Shown here one piece after another: positions 1-11,274 of a stretch of DNA of 64,000 nucleotides. Made by a program: the position numbers and the translations under genes. The DNA comes from an uncultured Acidobacteriota bacterium (GTDB taxonomy: Bacteria > Acidobacteriota > Polarisedimenticolia > J045). Position 1 is the first letter of the stretch. Every line of letters begins with the position of its first letter. The notes under the pieces are model-generated. The model saw only the letters and a program-made list of their open reading frames with translations, did no database searches and was not told the DNA's origin. The DNA lies in NCBI GenBank assembly GCA_963702425.1, contig CAVPCQ010000006.1, forward strand, positions 32,001-96,000, written 5' to 3'.

Positions 1-625
1 GGCGTTCAAGGCCCGGGTCCCGCTGACCGGCGTGATCCTGACCAAGCTCGACGGCGACGCCCGAGGCGGGGCTGCGCTCTCGGTCGCCGCGATCACCGGA
101 GTCCCGGTCCGCTTCGCGGGGGTCGGCGAGAAGGCCGACGCGCTCGAGGTCTTCGATCCCGAGCGGATGGCCGGCCGAATCCTCGGCATGGGCGACGTGC
201 TCGGCCTGATCGAGAAAGCCGAGGAAGCCTTCGACGTCGAGTCCGCGAGGAAGCTCGAACAGTCGCTGCGCAAGAACCAGTTCTCGCTCGAGCAGTTCCG
301 CGACACGCTGCGCCAGGTGCGCCGGATGGGGCCGCTCGAGTCGGTGATGGGGATGATCCCCGGCGTCCGGCTTCCGGCCGACGCGAAGGTCGACTCCCGC
401 CGCGTCGTGCGGATGGAGGCGATCGTCGACTCGATGACGCCGGGCGAGCGGCGCGACCACCGGGTGCTCAACGGTTCGCGGCGCAAGCGGATCGCGCGCG
501 GATCGGGGTCCTCGGTGCAGGAAGTGAATCAGTTGCTGAAGCAATACCTGGAGATGCGCAAGCTCTTCCAGCAGATGGGACCGTCCCCCAGCAAGGGGCA
601 GCTTCGCCGCCTGCTCGGCCGCTAG
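1..625 (+). CDS. ffh: Signal recognition particle protein Ffh (5'-truncated by window edge)
   Basis: TKLDGDARGG and GVGEK GTPase motifs, RILGMGD, M-domain SMT..ER..RRKRIARGSG; upstream of rpsP. Confidence 0.97.
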   Translation, partial: AFKARVPLTGVILTKLDGDARGGAALSVAAITGVPVRFAGVGEKADALEVFDPERMAGRILGMGDVLGLIEKAEEAFDVESARKLEQSLRKNQFSLEQFRDTLRQVRRMGPLESVMGMIPGVRLPADAKVDSRRVVRMEAIVDSMTPGERRDHRVLNGSRRKRIARGSGSSVQEVNQLLKQYLEMRKLFQQMGPSPSKGQLRRLLGR

Positions 626-653
626 GCGCCGCGCACCGGCATACGGAGACGTC

Positions 654-905
654 ATGCTCAAGATCAGGCTTCGCCGCGAAGGCTCGAAGAATCACCCCTA
701 CTTCCGGATCGTCGTCTCCGACTCGCGGAACACGCCGACCGGGCCGATCGTCGCGACGATCGGGCACTATGCACCCAAGCGCCAGCCGGCCGGCGTCGAG
801 CTCGACCTCGAGGCGTACGACGGCTGGATCAAGAACGGCGCCCATCCCTCCAACACCGTGCGCGTGCTGGCCGACGCCCGGCGCCGCGGTTCGACGATCG
901 GCTGA
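654..905 (+). CDS. rpsP: 30S ribosomal protein S16
   Basis: MLKIRLRREGSKNHPYFRIVVSDSR, GAHPSNTV; canonical operon position. Confidence 0.97.
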   Translation: MLKIRLRREGSKNHPYFRIVVSDSRNTPTGPIVATIGHYAPKRQPAGVELDLEAYDGWIKNGAHPSNTVRVLADARRRGSTIG

Positions 906-930
906 GGCGGCCGTGAACCAGGACCTCAGG

Positions 931-1170
931 ATGAAAGCCTTCCTCGAGCAGCTCGTGAAGGCGCTCGCCGCGCACCCCGAGCAGGGCGAGGTGCGCCTGC
1001 TCGACGGCCGCCGGGCGACGCGGTTCGAGATCCACCTGCCGGCGGGCGAGCGCGGCCCGCTGATCGGCAAGGAAGGCTCGACCATCAAGGCGATCCGCAC
1101 GCTCGCGGCGATCTCGGCCCACCGGCACCGCCGGCGCTTCGAGGTGGAGATCGCGGGACCCGGAGAGTGA
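931..1170 (+). CDS. khpA: KH-domain RNA-binding protein KhpA/YlqC
   Basis: [19 protein letters not shown] motif; between rpsP and rimM; alternative GTG start at 913. Confidence 0.85.
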   Translation: MKAFLEQLVKALAAHPEQGEVRLLDGRRATRFEIHLPAGERGPLIGKEGSTIKAIRTLAAISAHRHRRRFEVEIAGPGE

Positions 1171-1177
1171 GCGCTGC

Positions 1178-1769
1178 ATGAGCCCGTCCAGGCTGGTGAT
1201 CCTCGCGCGCGTTCGGCGGCCCTGGGGGCTGCGCGGGGAACTCCTGCTCGAGCTCCACACCGACTGGCCCGAGGATCGGTTCGTCCCGGGGGCCGAGATC
1301 GAGCTGGCCTGGGACGACGGACGGACCGCGCGGGCGACCGTGCGCGAGTTCCGGCAATCCGGGGTCGGTCCGCTGCTCTCCCTGCGGGGGGCGGACGGGA
1401 TCGGCGAAGCGCGCGTCTACGCCGCGGCCTCGATCGTCGCCGACGCGGAGAGCCTGCCGCGGCTGGCCGGCGCAGGGGACTGGCAGCACGCCGACCTCGT
1501 CGGGCTGACCGTCACCCTGCGCGACGGGCGGCGCGTCGGCGTCGTGGAACGGATCGAGGAGGGCGCGGCCTCGGACTTCGCGGTGGTGCGGCTCGACGCG
1601 AGGGGGCGAAGCGCTGCTGCCGCTCGTCCCGGCCATCGCGGTCGCGATCGACCCGGAGCGGGGCCGGCTGGTCGTCGATCCGCCGGCCGGCCTGCTCGAT
1701 CCGGAGTCGGTCGAGGCCGCCGACACCGGCCGCGCGGCACCGTCGCCGCGGGTGCGGAGGCCGGCGTGA
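1178..1769 (+). CDS. rimM: Ribosome maturation factor RimM (apparent frameshift at G-run ~1602-1606)
   Basis: [10 protein letters not shown]-terminus, DLVGLTV; the C-terminal [29 protein letters not shown] is in another frame and ends at TGA 1767-1769, overlapping the trmD GTG. Confidence 0.88.
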
Positions 1770-2509
1770 CCCGCTCCGCCCCGTTCGAGTTCGTCGTCGT
1801 GACGATCTTTCCCGGGATGTTCCCGGGTCCGCTCGAGTCCGGCGTCGTCGGCCGCGCGTTCGCGCGCGGCGACCTCGCGCTGCGGACGATCGACCTGCGC
1901 TCGTTCGCGAACGGCAGCTACCGGCAGGTCGACGACGCGCCGTTCGGCGGCGGGGCCGGGATGGTCCTGATGGCCGAGCCGATCTACGGCGCGGTCGAGT
2001 CGATCCGGGCCGAGCGCCCGGAGTTGCGCACGCGGGTCGTGCTGCTCGACCCGGCGGGGCGCCGCCTCACGCAGCCGGTGGCGCGCGAGCTGGCCGCCTG
2101 GGACAGGCTGGTGCTGCTCTGCGGCCGCTACGAAGGGGTCGACGAGCGCGTCCGCGCGCTGGTGGACGAGGAGATCTCGATCGGCGACTATGTCGTCTCG
2201 GGGGGCGAACTCCCGGCGATGGTCGTCATCGATGCCGTGGCGCGCCTGGTGCCGGGCGTCGTGGGAGAACCGCAGTCGGTGGTGAGGGAGTCGTTCGAGG
2301 AGCGGCTCCTGGACCACCCGCAGTACACCCGGCCCGCCGAGTTCCGCGGGATGAAGGTGCCCGAGGTCCTGCTCTCGGGTCACCATGCCGAGATCGAGTC
2401 CTGGCGGCAGCGGATGGCGTTCGAGCGCACCCGCGAACGGCGGCCGGACCTGCTCCACGAAACGACGTGTCAGAGGCCCCTTGCGGGCGAGAGCGAGGCA
2501 GAGAGATGA
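1766..2509 (+). CDS. trmD: tRNA (guanine37-N1)-methyltransferase TrmD
   Basis: [46 protein letters not shown] motifs. Confidence 0.97.
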   Translation: MTRSAPFEFVVVTIFPGMFPGPLESGVVGRAFARGDLALRTIDLRSFANGSYRQVDDAPFGGGAGMVLMAEPIYGAVESIRAERPELRTRVVLLDPAGRRLTQPVARELAAWDRLVLLCGRYEGVDERVRALVDEEISIGDYVVSGGELPAMVVIDAVARLVPGVVGEPQSVVRESFEERLLDHPQYTRPAEFRGMKVPEVLLSGHHAEIESWRQRMAFERTRERRPDLLHETTCQRPLAGESEAER

Positions 2510-2865
2510 GCGACCAGTTGATTCGCAGCGTCGAGGCACCGTATCTCAAGGACGAGGTGCCGGATTTCAGCTCCGGCGACACGGTGCGCGTTCACGTCCG
2601 GGTCCGGGAAGGCGAGAAGGAGCGGATCCAGGTCTACCAGGGCGTCGTCGTCGGCCGCAAGAGCGGCAAGCACACGACCCGCGCCTCGTTCCGCGTGCGC
2701 AAGATCAGCAGCGGCGTCGGCGTCGAGCGGGTGTTTCCGCTGCACTCGCCGCTGGTGGCGAAGATCGAGGTCGTGCAGCGCGGCCTGGTCCGCCGCTCGA
2801 AGCTGTACTACTTGAGAGGGCTCTCGGGCAAGGCTGCGAGAATCCGGGAGCGCCGCCAGGCCTGA
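2506..2865 (+). CDS. rplS: 50S ribosomal protein L19
   Basis: [42 protein letters not shown]. Confidence 0.98.
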   Translation: MSDQLIRSVEAPYLKDEVPDFSSGDTVRVHVRVREGEKERIQVYQGVVVGRKSGKHTTRASFRVRKISSGVGVERVFPLHSPLVAKIEVVQRGLVRRSKLYYLRGLSGKAARIRERRQA

Positions 2866-2868
2866 CCG

Positions 2869-4707
2869 GTGGCCGACGACCGCCGCCAGCTCCTCGAGGA
2901 AGCCGAGCGACAGGCTCGGAAGGGGGACCTGTCCGCCGCGGCGACGTGCTACCGCAAGCTGCTCGAGAAGACGCCCCACGACGCCGGCCTGCTGCAGCGG
3001 CTCGGGGACGCGCTCGCCCGCAGCGGACAGGAGAGCGAAGCCCGCACGACACTCCGCCGCCTGGCCGACCTGCACTGGAAGACGGGGCTGCGGTCGCGCG
3101 CGATCGCCTCGCTGCGCCGCGCCGTGCGGCTCGGGCAACCCGACCCCGAGGCGCTGGAGCTGCTGGGCGATCGCTGTCTCGAGGCCGGACTGGCAGCGGA
3201 CGCCCGCGAGCCGCTGCTCGAGGCGGCCGCGCTCCGCGAGCAGGCCGGCGAGGTCGCCGAAGCGTCGGCGATCCTGGAGAAGCTGATCCAGGCGCTGCCG
3301 CGCGATCTCACGGTGCGCGAGCAGCTGCTGCGGGTCACCGCCGGCCACGGCGCCCCCCGGCTGCACGTGCGCGCACTCTGCCTCGCGGCGGAAGGGCGCG
3401 CGCTCGCCGGGCAAGCGAACGAAGCGCTCGAAGCCCTGGCGCAGGCGCTCGACCACGGCGGAGAGGATCTTCCGGCGCTGGAGTTCCTGCCTGCGATGAT
3501 CCCGGCGCTCGCCACGCTGCCCGCGTCGGCGTTCCCCTCGCGGCTGGGCGGGGTCGGCGGCTCCGCCGCGGCGGCCTGGGTCGTGCTGCGCGCTGCCGCG
3601 CTGACGCAGCTCGGCGACGCCGGCGCGATCACGGAACTCCGCGACGCGACCGACGGCGGAGACCCGATCCCGGCGCGCGCCCGGCTCTGGGCGGGTCGCG
3701 TCTTCCTGTCGCATCTGATGCTCTCCCACGCCGAGACCTCCATCGACGGAGCGGCGGCCGAGCTCCAGGACCGGACGGAGCTCCGTCAGGAAGTGCTCGA
3801 CGCGCTCGGCGCGCTCCTGTCGCGCAGTCCCGGGAACGAGCTGGCGGAGGCCTGGAAAGCGCGCTATGCCCCGACGGAACGCGTTCCGGCGGAGCGCAAG
3901 AGAACGGGGCGCACCGTCCGCCACGCGGAGCCCGCACCCGTCGCGCCACGCTCCGAGGAGCCGCTGCCCCCGGAGATCATGGCGAAGCTGGTCGAAGCGC
4001 GTTCGTTTCTCGATCACCGCCTCCCGGAGCAGGCGCTCGAGACGCTGACCTCGATCCCGGCGGCGTGGCGCGAGCGCGAGGACGTGGCCACGCTGATCCG
4101 CACCGCCACCGCGGTGGCGACGCGCCGCTCAGAGTCCGGCGTCGCCGGCAGGACGCGACCCGAGCCGACGCCGCCGCTGCACGCGGATCAGGAGGCAGAC
4201 GAGGACGGCTTGCTGCTGGTGCTCGACCTGGACGGCAACGCTGCCGGCGCCGCACCTCTTGCCGCCCAGGCGTCCGCCGCACCCGATCCCGGCAGCCCCG
4301 ACCTGGGCGAACTCGATCGCGCGCTTCGCCAGTTCATGTCGGAGGAGGACGCCGAGACCGAGTACCAGATGGCAATCGGTCTGCTCGAGATGGGACTGAA
4401 CGACCAGGCGATCCCGCTGCTGGAGAACCTCCTGACGAGCCGCGACCGCGCGGCGGACGCCGCACTCTCTCTGGTCCGGCTTCACGAGAATCTCGGCGAC
4501 CTCGAGGCTGCGGAGCGGGCCGCGCGGGCCGGGCTCGAGGTGACGGGCGACGACCGCCCCTCGCAGCGCGGCCAGCTGCTCTCGGTCTACGCCGAGCTCT
4601 GCGAGGGACGCGGGGCCGGCGAGGAGGCCGCCGCAGCCCGCGACGAGCTGGCGGCGATCCTCGAGGCCCACCCCGACCTGCGAGGGCCCGGGGCGGCCGG
4701 CCCGTGA
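2869..4707 (+). CDS. Tetratricopeptide-repeat protein
   Basis: N-terminal TPR-like helices (LLQRLGDALARSG, LELLGDRCLEAG), Pro/acidic linker, C-terminal DAETEYQMAIGLLEMGL TPR module. Confidence 0.7.
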   Translation: MADDRRQLLEEAERQARKGDLSAAATCYRKLLEKTPHDAGLLQRLGDALARSGQESEARTTLRRLADLHWKTGLRSRAIASLRRAVRLGQPDPEALELLGDRCLEAGLAADAREPLLEAAALREQAGEVAEASAILEKLIQALPRDLTVREQLLRVTAGHGAPRLHVRALCLAAEGRALAGQANEALEALAQALDHGGEDLPALEFLPAMIPALATLPASAFPSRLGGVGGSAAAAWVVLRAAALTQLGDAGAITELRDATDGGDPIPARARLWAGRVFLSHLMLSHAETSIDGAAAELQDRTELRQEVLDALGALLSRSPGNELAEAWKARYAPTERVPAERKRTGRTVRHAEPAPVAPRSEEPLPPEIMAKLVEARSFLDHRLPEQALETLTSIPAAWREREDVATLIRTATAVATRRSESGVAGRTRPEPTPPLHADQEADEDGLLLVLDLDGNAAGAAPLAAQASAAPDPGSPDLGELDRALRQFMSEEDAETEYQMAIGLLEMGLNDQAIPLLENLLTSRDRAADAALSLVRLHENLGDLEAAERAARAGLEVTGDDRPSQRGQLLSVYAELCEGRGAGEEAAAARDELAAILEAHPDLRGPGAAGP

Positions 4708-4738
4708 CTCGCGCCGCGGTCCGTGCGGGCGACTCTCG

Positions 4739-5560
4739 ATGACCGAAGCGCCGTTTCTCGCCGCGCTGGCGGGCGGTCCCGAGGAGGGGGCCCGCGCGAT
4801 GGCGCGCGACGAGAGCCTGGTCCGTCACCTCACGCGCACCGGAACGCCGGCGATGGTCCTGCGCGGGCACGGATGGCTGCGCCCGACCATCAGCCTGGGA
4901 CGAGGGCAGGCGCTCCCCCCGGGGCTGCTGGCCGAGGCCGCGGCGCTGGCGGTCGACGTCGTACGCCGGCCGACCGGAGGCGGGTGGCTGCTCCACCTGC
5001 CGGGAGACCTGGCCCTGACGACGGCGCTGTCCGGCCCCCTCCGGACCGGGGACTTCCGTCGCGCGGCGCGCTCGACGTCGCAGGCGATCGCGCTCGGGCT
5101 CGCGGCCTGCGGTCGCCCGGCACTCGTCTTCACCGGGTTGTCCCGCCCCGCCTCGCGGGCCGAGGTCTGCTTTCAGCGGGCCGATCGCGACGAGGTCGTG
5201 ATGGGCGCGACGAAGGTCGCCGGCGTCGCGCTGGCGCGCTTCGGTCAGGCGGCGCTGGTCCAGGCCGCGTTGCCGCTGGCGGCGGCCCCGCCGGAATTGG
5301 GCGGATTCGCCCGGCGCTGGGACGCGAACCGCGCCTCCGCCGCGGTCGAGTGCGTCGGCATCGACCGCGAGGCGCTCTGGCGCGGCACGCTTGACGCATT
5401 GGCGCGCATCGTCGACCTGCGGGTGGGCGCGTGGCACTGGCCGGGGCCCGTCCTTCGCGACGCGGAGGACCTGCGCGTCCGCGTCTATGCCGATCCCTCC
5501 TCGCGCGGACGCATGGAAGCGGTGACTCCGGAGGGCGACGTGGGCGGCGGCGCGCGATGA
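4739..5560 (+). CDS. Lipoate-protein ligase A / octanoyltransferase family protein
   Basis: AMARDESL, PTISLGRGQ, VVRRPTGGG, KVAGVA motifs of the LplA/LipM family. Confidence 0.8.
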   Translation: MTEAPFLAALAGGPEEGARAMARDESLVRHLTRTGTPAMVLRGHGWLRPTISLGRGQALPPGLLAEAAALAVDVVRRPTGGGWLLHLPGDLALTTALSGPLRTGDFRRAARSTSQAIALGLAACGRPALVFTGLSRPASRAEVCFQRADRDEVVMGATKVAGVALARFGQAALVQAALPLAAAPPELGGFARRWDANRASAAVECVGIDREALWRGTLDALARIVDLRVGAWHWPGPVLRDAEDLRVRVYADPSSRGRMEAVTPEGDVGGGAR

Positions 5561-6267
5561 ACCGGCGCACGGCCGCCGGCGCGCTGGTTGCGTTGCTGGC
5601 GCTTTCCTGTCGCAGCCTGCCCGAGAAGGCTCCCGACGGTCCCGGCGCGGCGCCACTGCAGGTCGTGCACCGCGCGGCCCGCAGCGCGTCGGGAGCGCTC
5701 ACACCCGCGGCCGCAGCCGCGCTGGCGGACGCCGCGGCGCTTGCCGCCTTCCCGGAGCGGCTGCCGCTGGACGCCTGGGCCGCCGTGGTGCGCGGCCGCG
5801 GCCCGATCGCGCTGATCGCGTCGCCGTCGAAGGGCGAGATCGCGCGCGCGATCCTCGACCGGCTTCGGGCCGCCGCCGCGCCTCGCGCGATCGTGGTCCA
5901 TGACTCGCCTGCCGAGATGGACCCGAAGACGCTGCGCCGCGCGGCCGTCGTGCTCGTGGTGGCGCCGGCCTGGAAGGATGGGGACGTGGTGCCCGATCCC
6001 CAGCAGGTCGCCGCCGAGGTCGCCCGGCTCGGCGGAGCGCGTCTGCGCCTCGTCGTCGCGGACCTGACCTCGGTGCGCGTGGGGGAGGAGACCTGGCCGG
6101 CCGACCTGGTGGTCGCCGGTACCGACCCGGCGCGGGTCGGGCTGGTGACGGAGTTCGTCCTCGCTGCGCGCGCCGCGCGTGCGCTCCCGGACGCCAGTGC
6201 GATCGCACGGCGACGGGGTCTGCCCGAGGCGGCGGCCGACTGGGAAGTCGCAGTGATCGCGGACTGA
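5557..6267 (+). CDS. Hypothetical lipoprotein
   Basis: ATGA overlap with upstream gene; signal peptide MNRRTAAGALVALLALS-C with lipobox. Confidence 0.55.
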   Translation: MNRRTAAGALVALLALSCRSLPEKAPDGPGAAPLQVVHRAARSASGALTPAAAAALADAAALAAFPERLPLDAWAAVVRGRGPIALIASPSKGEIARAILDRLRAAAAPRAIVVHDSPAEMDPKTLRRAAVVLVVAPAWKDGDVVPDPQQVAAEVARLGGARLRLVVADLTSVRVGEETWPADLVVAGTDPARVGLVTEFVLAARAARALPDASAIARRRGLPEAAADWEVAVIAD

Positions 6268-6288
6268 GCGCCGCCCGCGGGGCGCGGC

Positions 6289-8938
6289 TCAGCGCAGGTC
6301 CAGTCCCTCCTCCAACGGTTGGACCCGCCTCGAGCGGTTGACCGGGATCGCCCGCGCGGTCCCCGTTCCGACGCTCCCTTCCTCCCGCTCGAGCTGTGCC
6401 GTCTCGCGGGCCAGGGGGAGTCGCGTGACGTAGCGCGCCCAGCCGTCCGCATCCCATCCGAGGGGGAGGGAGGCCACGGCCAGCAGCGGCGCCGCGGCGC
6501 CGGCCGATCCCGCGGCATCGCGACGGGTCGCCGTCCAAGTCAGCGACTGCCCTCCCGGCGCGACCGAGAAGCGGTCGGGCGACTGCGCGACCAGGCGCGC
6601 CGCCTCCTCGGGCGAGAGCGCGAGCGATCCGTCCGCACGCAGCGCGTAGCGCTGCAGCTGGAGCGGCAGGTCGACCCGCGCGAGGTCGCTGCTGCGGCAC
6701 TCGCGTGTCGGTTCCTTGCCGCTGGGCAGGAGTTCCGTCACGGTGGCGCTGCACCCCGGGGTCGTCCCCGGCAACAGGCCGGTCCGGCCGTTGAGCGCGA
6801 CCGACGCGAGGCCGGCCGGCACGGCGAATCGTTCGACGGGCGCGTCAGCGAGCGCTTCCTTCAGGAAGGCGGTCCAGATCGGTAGCGCCGCCGTCGCCCC
6901 CGTCTCGCCGCGCCCGAGCGTCTTGCGCTGGTCCAGTCCGACCCAGACGCCGACGACGAGGCGCGGCGTGAAGCCGACGAACCAGGCGTCGGAGTAGTCG
7001 TCGGTCGTCCCGGTCTTGCCGGCGACCGGGAAGCCCAGCGCAAGCGCGTCGCGCGCGGTGCCCCGCTCGACCACCCCGCGCAGCAGCGAGGTCATCATGC
7101 CGGCGACCTCCGGCGACAGGACCTCGGTCGTCTCGGGCTTCACCGGACCAGGCGGTGGTTCCGTCGGGGTTGACCACTCGCCGCACGAGCTGCGGCGTCA
7201 CCAGCAGGCCGCCGTTGTCGAACGCGCCGTAGGCCGCGACGAGGTCGAGCAGCGTCACCTCGAACGCGCCGAGCGCCAGCGAAGGGTAGGGCTTGAGGTC
7301 GGTCGCGATCCCGAGCCGGCGCGCGAGGTCGACCGCGGGGTCGTAGCCGAGAGCGTTGAGCAGCTTGACGGTCGGGATGTTGCGCGAGTGCTCGAGCGCC
7401 GACCGGAGCGTCACCAGCCCCTCGAACTTGCGGTCGTAGTTCTGGGGCGCGTAGACCCCCGGCGACCCCGGGTCGGAGAGCACGATCGGTTCGTCGAGCA
7501 CCAGCTGGTCGGGCGTGAAACCGTTCTCGAGGGCCGCCGCGAAGATGAACGGCTTGAACGCCGAGCCGGCCTGGCGCTTGGCCTGGACCGCGCGGTTGAA
7601 CTCCGAGCGACTGAAGTTCCGCCCGCCGACCAGCGCCAGGACCTCCCCCGTCGCCGGATCGAGCGCGACCAGCGCCGCTTCGACCTCCGATTCGCCGGCC
7701 AGCCGCGCTTTCGTGATCTGGCCGCCCGGGGTCGCCTCGAGGACCCGGATCTTCGTCAGCGTGAGCGCCGGGAGGGCGCGCTCGAGGCGCGTGATCCCGC
7801 TCCACGCCACCTCCGGCATCCCGAAAGTGAGGCGCTGGTCGCCGACGCGCAGCAGCGCCGACTCCGCGCTCGAAGAGAGCACGAGGGCGGGGAAGACGTC
7901 GCCCGCGCGCGGGGTACGCTGCCACGCCGGGTCGTCGAAGCTGGCGGGATCGGCCCCTTCCGGCAGCGGGACGCGCGGTGCGGGGTGCTTCCAGCGCTTG
8001 GCGTACGACTCGAGTCCGGCGGCGACCGCCCGTTCGGCGGCGGCCTGGAACGCGGGGTCGAGGGTCGTCTCGACCACCAGTCCGTCGCGGTAGAGCGCGT
8101 TGTCCCCGAACTGGCGCGCGATGCGGCGACGCACCTCCTCGACGAAGTAGGTCGATTCCGCCGGCCGCAGTCGGGGCTTGACGACGCCGAGCGGAGCCTT
8201 CTTCGCGGCCGACGCGAGGCGTGCGTCGAGATAGCCCTCGCGCACCATCCGGTCGAGAACGTGATTGCGGCGCCGCATCGCGCGCTCGGGGGACTTGAGC
8301 GGCGAGAGCGCCTCCGGGCGCTGGGGAAGGCCGGCCAGGAGCGCCGCCTCGGCCAGTGAAAGGTCCGCCGTGCCCTTGTCGAAGAAGAAGCGGGAGGCGG
8401 CCTCGAAACCGTAGTTCCCGTGGCCGAGGTAGATCCGGTTGGCGTACAGCTCGAGGATCTCGTCCTTGGAGTACTGCTTCTCCAGCAGCGCGGCCAGCAC
8501 CGCCTCGCGGAGCTTCCGGCTGACGGTCTTCTGCGGGTGGAGCCAGATCCCGCGCGCCAGCTGCTGCGAGATCGTGCTCCCGCCCTCGGCGCCCCAGTCG
8601 AACGAGAGCGCGCTGTTGACCAGCGCGCGCGCGATCGCCTGCGGGTCGATCCCGACGTGGTCGTAGAAGCGCGGGTCCTCGGTCGCGAGCAGTCCCTTGA
8701 TCAGCCACGGACTCATCCGCGAGAGCGGGACCGAGGTCCGGCGCTGCTCGGCGAAGCTGGAGTAGCGCTCGCCGTTGCGATCGAGCAGGATCGTCGACTG
8801 CGGCAGCTCCAGCGCCGAGAGCTGCTCGAGGCCCGGAATGTCGCGCGACAGCACGATCGCGAACGCGACCCCGCCGAGGACCGCGATCGCGTAGAGCGCG
8901 GCGAAGAGCAGCAGGGTGCGGCGCGGCGGCAGGCGCAT
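6289..8938 (-). CDS. Class A penicillin-binding protein 1A (apparent frameshift ~7140)
   Basis: Transglycosylase motifs EDPRFYDH and GGSTISQQL; transpeptidase SAFK, SRN, and KTGTT (in the second frame, 6289-7143). Confidence 0.92.
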
Positions 8939-9048
8939 CGCTTGATTCTAGCGCCGGCGGCCGAAGGTCGCCGGGGGGCTTTACAGGCCGCCCGCCGCGT
9001 GCGAGAACCGTCGCCTCGCGCACGGGCGGCGCGGAGGGGCAGGACTGC

Positions 9049-10371
9049 ATGGGGCGCAGGGCGGGGAAGGTCGACCGGCGCACGGTCTGGTCGTGGGCGC
9101 TCTACGACTGGGCCAACTCGGCCTTCGCGACGACCGTCGTCGCCGGCTTCTTCCCGGTCTTCTTCAAGGATTTCTGGAGCGCGGGGACCGAGCCGACCGT
9201 CAGCACCTTCTGGCTCGGCGTGACGCTCTCGCTGGCCGGGCTGACCGTCGCCGTCACGGCGCCCGTGCTCGGCAGCTTCGCCGACGGAGGGGGGGCACGA
9301 AAGCGCTCGCTCGCGCTGTTCGCGGCGCTGGCGATCGCGATGACGGCGATCCTCCCGGCGATCCCGCGCGGCGCCTGGCCGGCGGCGGCGACGGTCTACG
9401 GCCTCGGGTACGTGTTCTGGCTCTGCTCACTCGTCTTTTACGACTCGCTCCTCCCGTCGGTCAGCAGCTCCGAGAACGTCGATCGCGTCTCGAGCCTCGG
9501 CTTCGGCCTGGGGTACCTGGGAGGCGGTCTGCTGTTCGCCTTCAACGTGCTGATGACGCTCCGGCCGGAGCTCTTCGGGCTCGTCCCGGCCGGCGCCGAC
9601 GACGCGGCGCGCGCCGGCGGGACGCTGCGCGCGGTCCAGCTCTCGTTCCTCACCGTCGCCGCCTGGTGGGCGCTGTTCTCGATCCCGCTGTTCGTCGCGG
9701 TGCCGGAACCGGGTGACGCCGGGCGCGTTCCCATGCGCGAGGCGCTGCGGCGGGGCCTCGCGCAGTTGCGCGACACCTTCCACGAGGTGCGCCGCTACCG
9801 GGTCGTCTTCGGCTTCCTGGTCGCCTACTGGCTCTACATCGACGGCGTCGACACCGTGATCACGATGGCCGTCGACTACGGCAAGTCGCTCGGGTTTCCC
9901 ACGGCGACGCTGATCAGCGCGCTGCTGCTGGTCCAGTTCGTGGCCTTTCCGTGCGCGCTGGCGTTCGGCTGGGCCGGCCAGCGCTTCGGGCCGAAGCGGC
10001 CGATCCTGGCCGGGATCGGCGTGTACATCATCGTCACCGCGCTGGCCACCCAGCTGACGGTCGAGCCGTGGCTGGTGGGTGGCGTCTCGATCAGCCCCTT
10101 CTACGCGCTCGCGATCCTGGTCGGGACGGCTCAGGGCGGCGTTCAGGCGCTGTCGCGCTCGCTGTACACCCGGCTCATCCCGGCCGAGCGCACGGCGGAG
10201 TTTTTCGGCTTCTACAACATGGTGGGGCGCTTTGCGGCGATCATCGGTCCGTTTCTGGTCGGCGTCGTCGGCCGCTTCACCGGCAGCCCGCGAGCGGGCA
10301 TCGGCTCGATCGCGCTGCTGCTGGTCGTCGGCGGCGCGCTGCTGGCCCGCCTCGACCTCAACAAACCGTAG
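9049..10371 (+). CDS. MFS transporter, UMF1/Atg22-like family
   Basis: SWALYDWANSAF, GFGLGYLGG, QALSRSLYTRLIP, EFFGFYNMVGRFAAIIGP; about 12 TM segments. Confidence 0.9.
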   Translation: MGRRAGKVDRRTVWSWALYDWANSAFATTVVAGFFPVFFKDFWSAGTEPTVSTFWLGVTLSLAGLTVAVTAPVLGSFADGGGARKRSLALFAALAIAMTAILPAIPRGAWPAAATVYGLGYVFWLCSLVFYDSLLPSVSSSENVDRVSSLGFGLGYLGGGLLFAFNVLMTLRPELFGLVPAGADDAARAGGTLRAVQLSFLTVAAWWALFSIPLFVAVPEPGDAGRVPMREALRRGLAQLRDTFHEVRRYRVVFGFLVAYWLYIDGVDTVITMAVDYGKSLGFPTATLISALLLVQFVAFPCALAFGWAGQRFGPKRPILAGIGVYIIVTALATQLTVEPWLVGGVSISPFYALAILVGTAQGGVQALSRSLYTRLIPAERTAEFFGFYNMVGRFAAIIGPFLVGVVGRFTGSPRAGIGSIALLLVVGGALLARLDLNKP

Positions 10372-10411
10372 GGGCCGCCCTCTGTGGCGGCCCGCGCCTC
10401 CGCCCCCCTAC
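10368..10411. repeat. GTAG-type REP / short REPIN, copy 1
   Basis: GTAG-GGGCCGCC-CTCTGT-GGCGGCCC palindrome ...CCCCTAC; same family at 49417-49625 and 63310-63377. Confidence 0.8.
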
Positions 10412-11274
10412 GGGTGTCCCCAGCCCAGCTTGCTGCGCAGCACGCTGAAGAACGAGCGCCCCGGCCGGCGCACCAGCGTCGTGGCGAAGGGGGCGCGTTC
10501 GACCGTCACGCTCTCCCCGGGGAGGAGCGGGAACGCGACCTGACCGTCCATCGTGACCTGGACCGTCGTCCCCGGGCGTCCCTCGGGAAGCACGACCCGG
10601 ATCCGGGTCGATCCGGGCAGCACCAGCGGCCGCTGCGACAGGGAGTGCGGGCAGATCGGCGTGACGAGCAGGGCGTCGACCGAGGGGACGACGACCGGCC
10701 CCCCCGCCGACAGGCTGTAGGCGGTCGAGCCGGTCGGCGTCGACAGGATCAGGCCGTCGGCGCGGTAGTCGGTCACCCACTCGGCATCGATGTAGAGCGA
10801 GAGCGTGAACAGCCGCACCGCGCTCGAGCTGGAGATCACGACGTCGTTCAGCGCCAGGTGCTGGTCGCGCGGCAGGTCGTCGTTGTGCGAGACCGCCAGC
10901 ATCGGACGCCGCTCGAGCGGTGCCCGCCCGGCAAGGGCGGCCGCCAGGACGTCGTCGATCTCGTCGCAGCGCAGCTCGGTGAGGAACCCGAGATGCCCTA
11001 GGTTGATCCCCAGGATCGGGGTCTCGCGCGCCCCGATCGTGCGCGCCGAAGCGAGCAGCGTCCCGTCGCCCCCGATGACGACCGCGAGGTCGGCGCGCCG
11101 CGCTCCTTCCTCGCGCGACACGAACGACGGCAGGCCGAGCGTCCGGGCGGTGTCCTCGTCGGCGAGCGGCTCGCAGCCGAGTCGGTCGAGGCTCGAGAAG
11201 ACGCGCCGCAGGACGGCCGGCGCGTCGGGGTGCGGCTTGCTGAAGACGGCGACCGCACGCTGGTCAGCTGGCAT
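10408..11274 (-). CDS. nadK: NAD(+) kinase
   Basis: GGDGT, GINLGHLGFL, ALND, STPTGSTAYSLSAGGP, PICPH. Confidence 0.96.
   Translation of the reverse strand: MPADQRAVAVFSKPHPDAPAVLRRVFSSLDRLGCEPLADEDTARTLGLPSFVSREEGARRADLAVVIGGDGTLLASARTIGARETPILGINLGHLGFLTELRCDEIDDVLAAALAGRAPLERRPMLAVSHNDDLPRDQHLALNDVVISSSSAVRLFTLSLYIDAEWVTDYRADGLILSTPTGSTAYSLSAGGPVVVPSVDALLVTPICPHSLSQRPLVLPGSTRIRVVLPEGRPGTTVQVTMDGQVAFPLLPGESVTVERAPFATTLVRRPGRSFFSVLRSKLGWGHP

Noticed and set aside
1178-2509. RimM-TrmD fusion protein (443-aa ORF)
   Set aside because: The true RimM C-terminus is in another frame and ends at a GTGA overlap; the fusion results from one indel in a G-run
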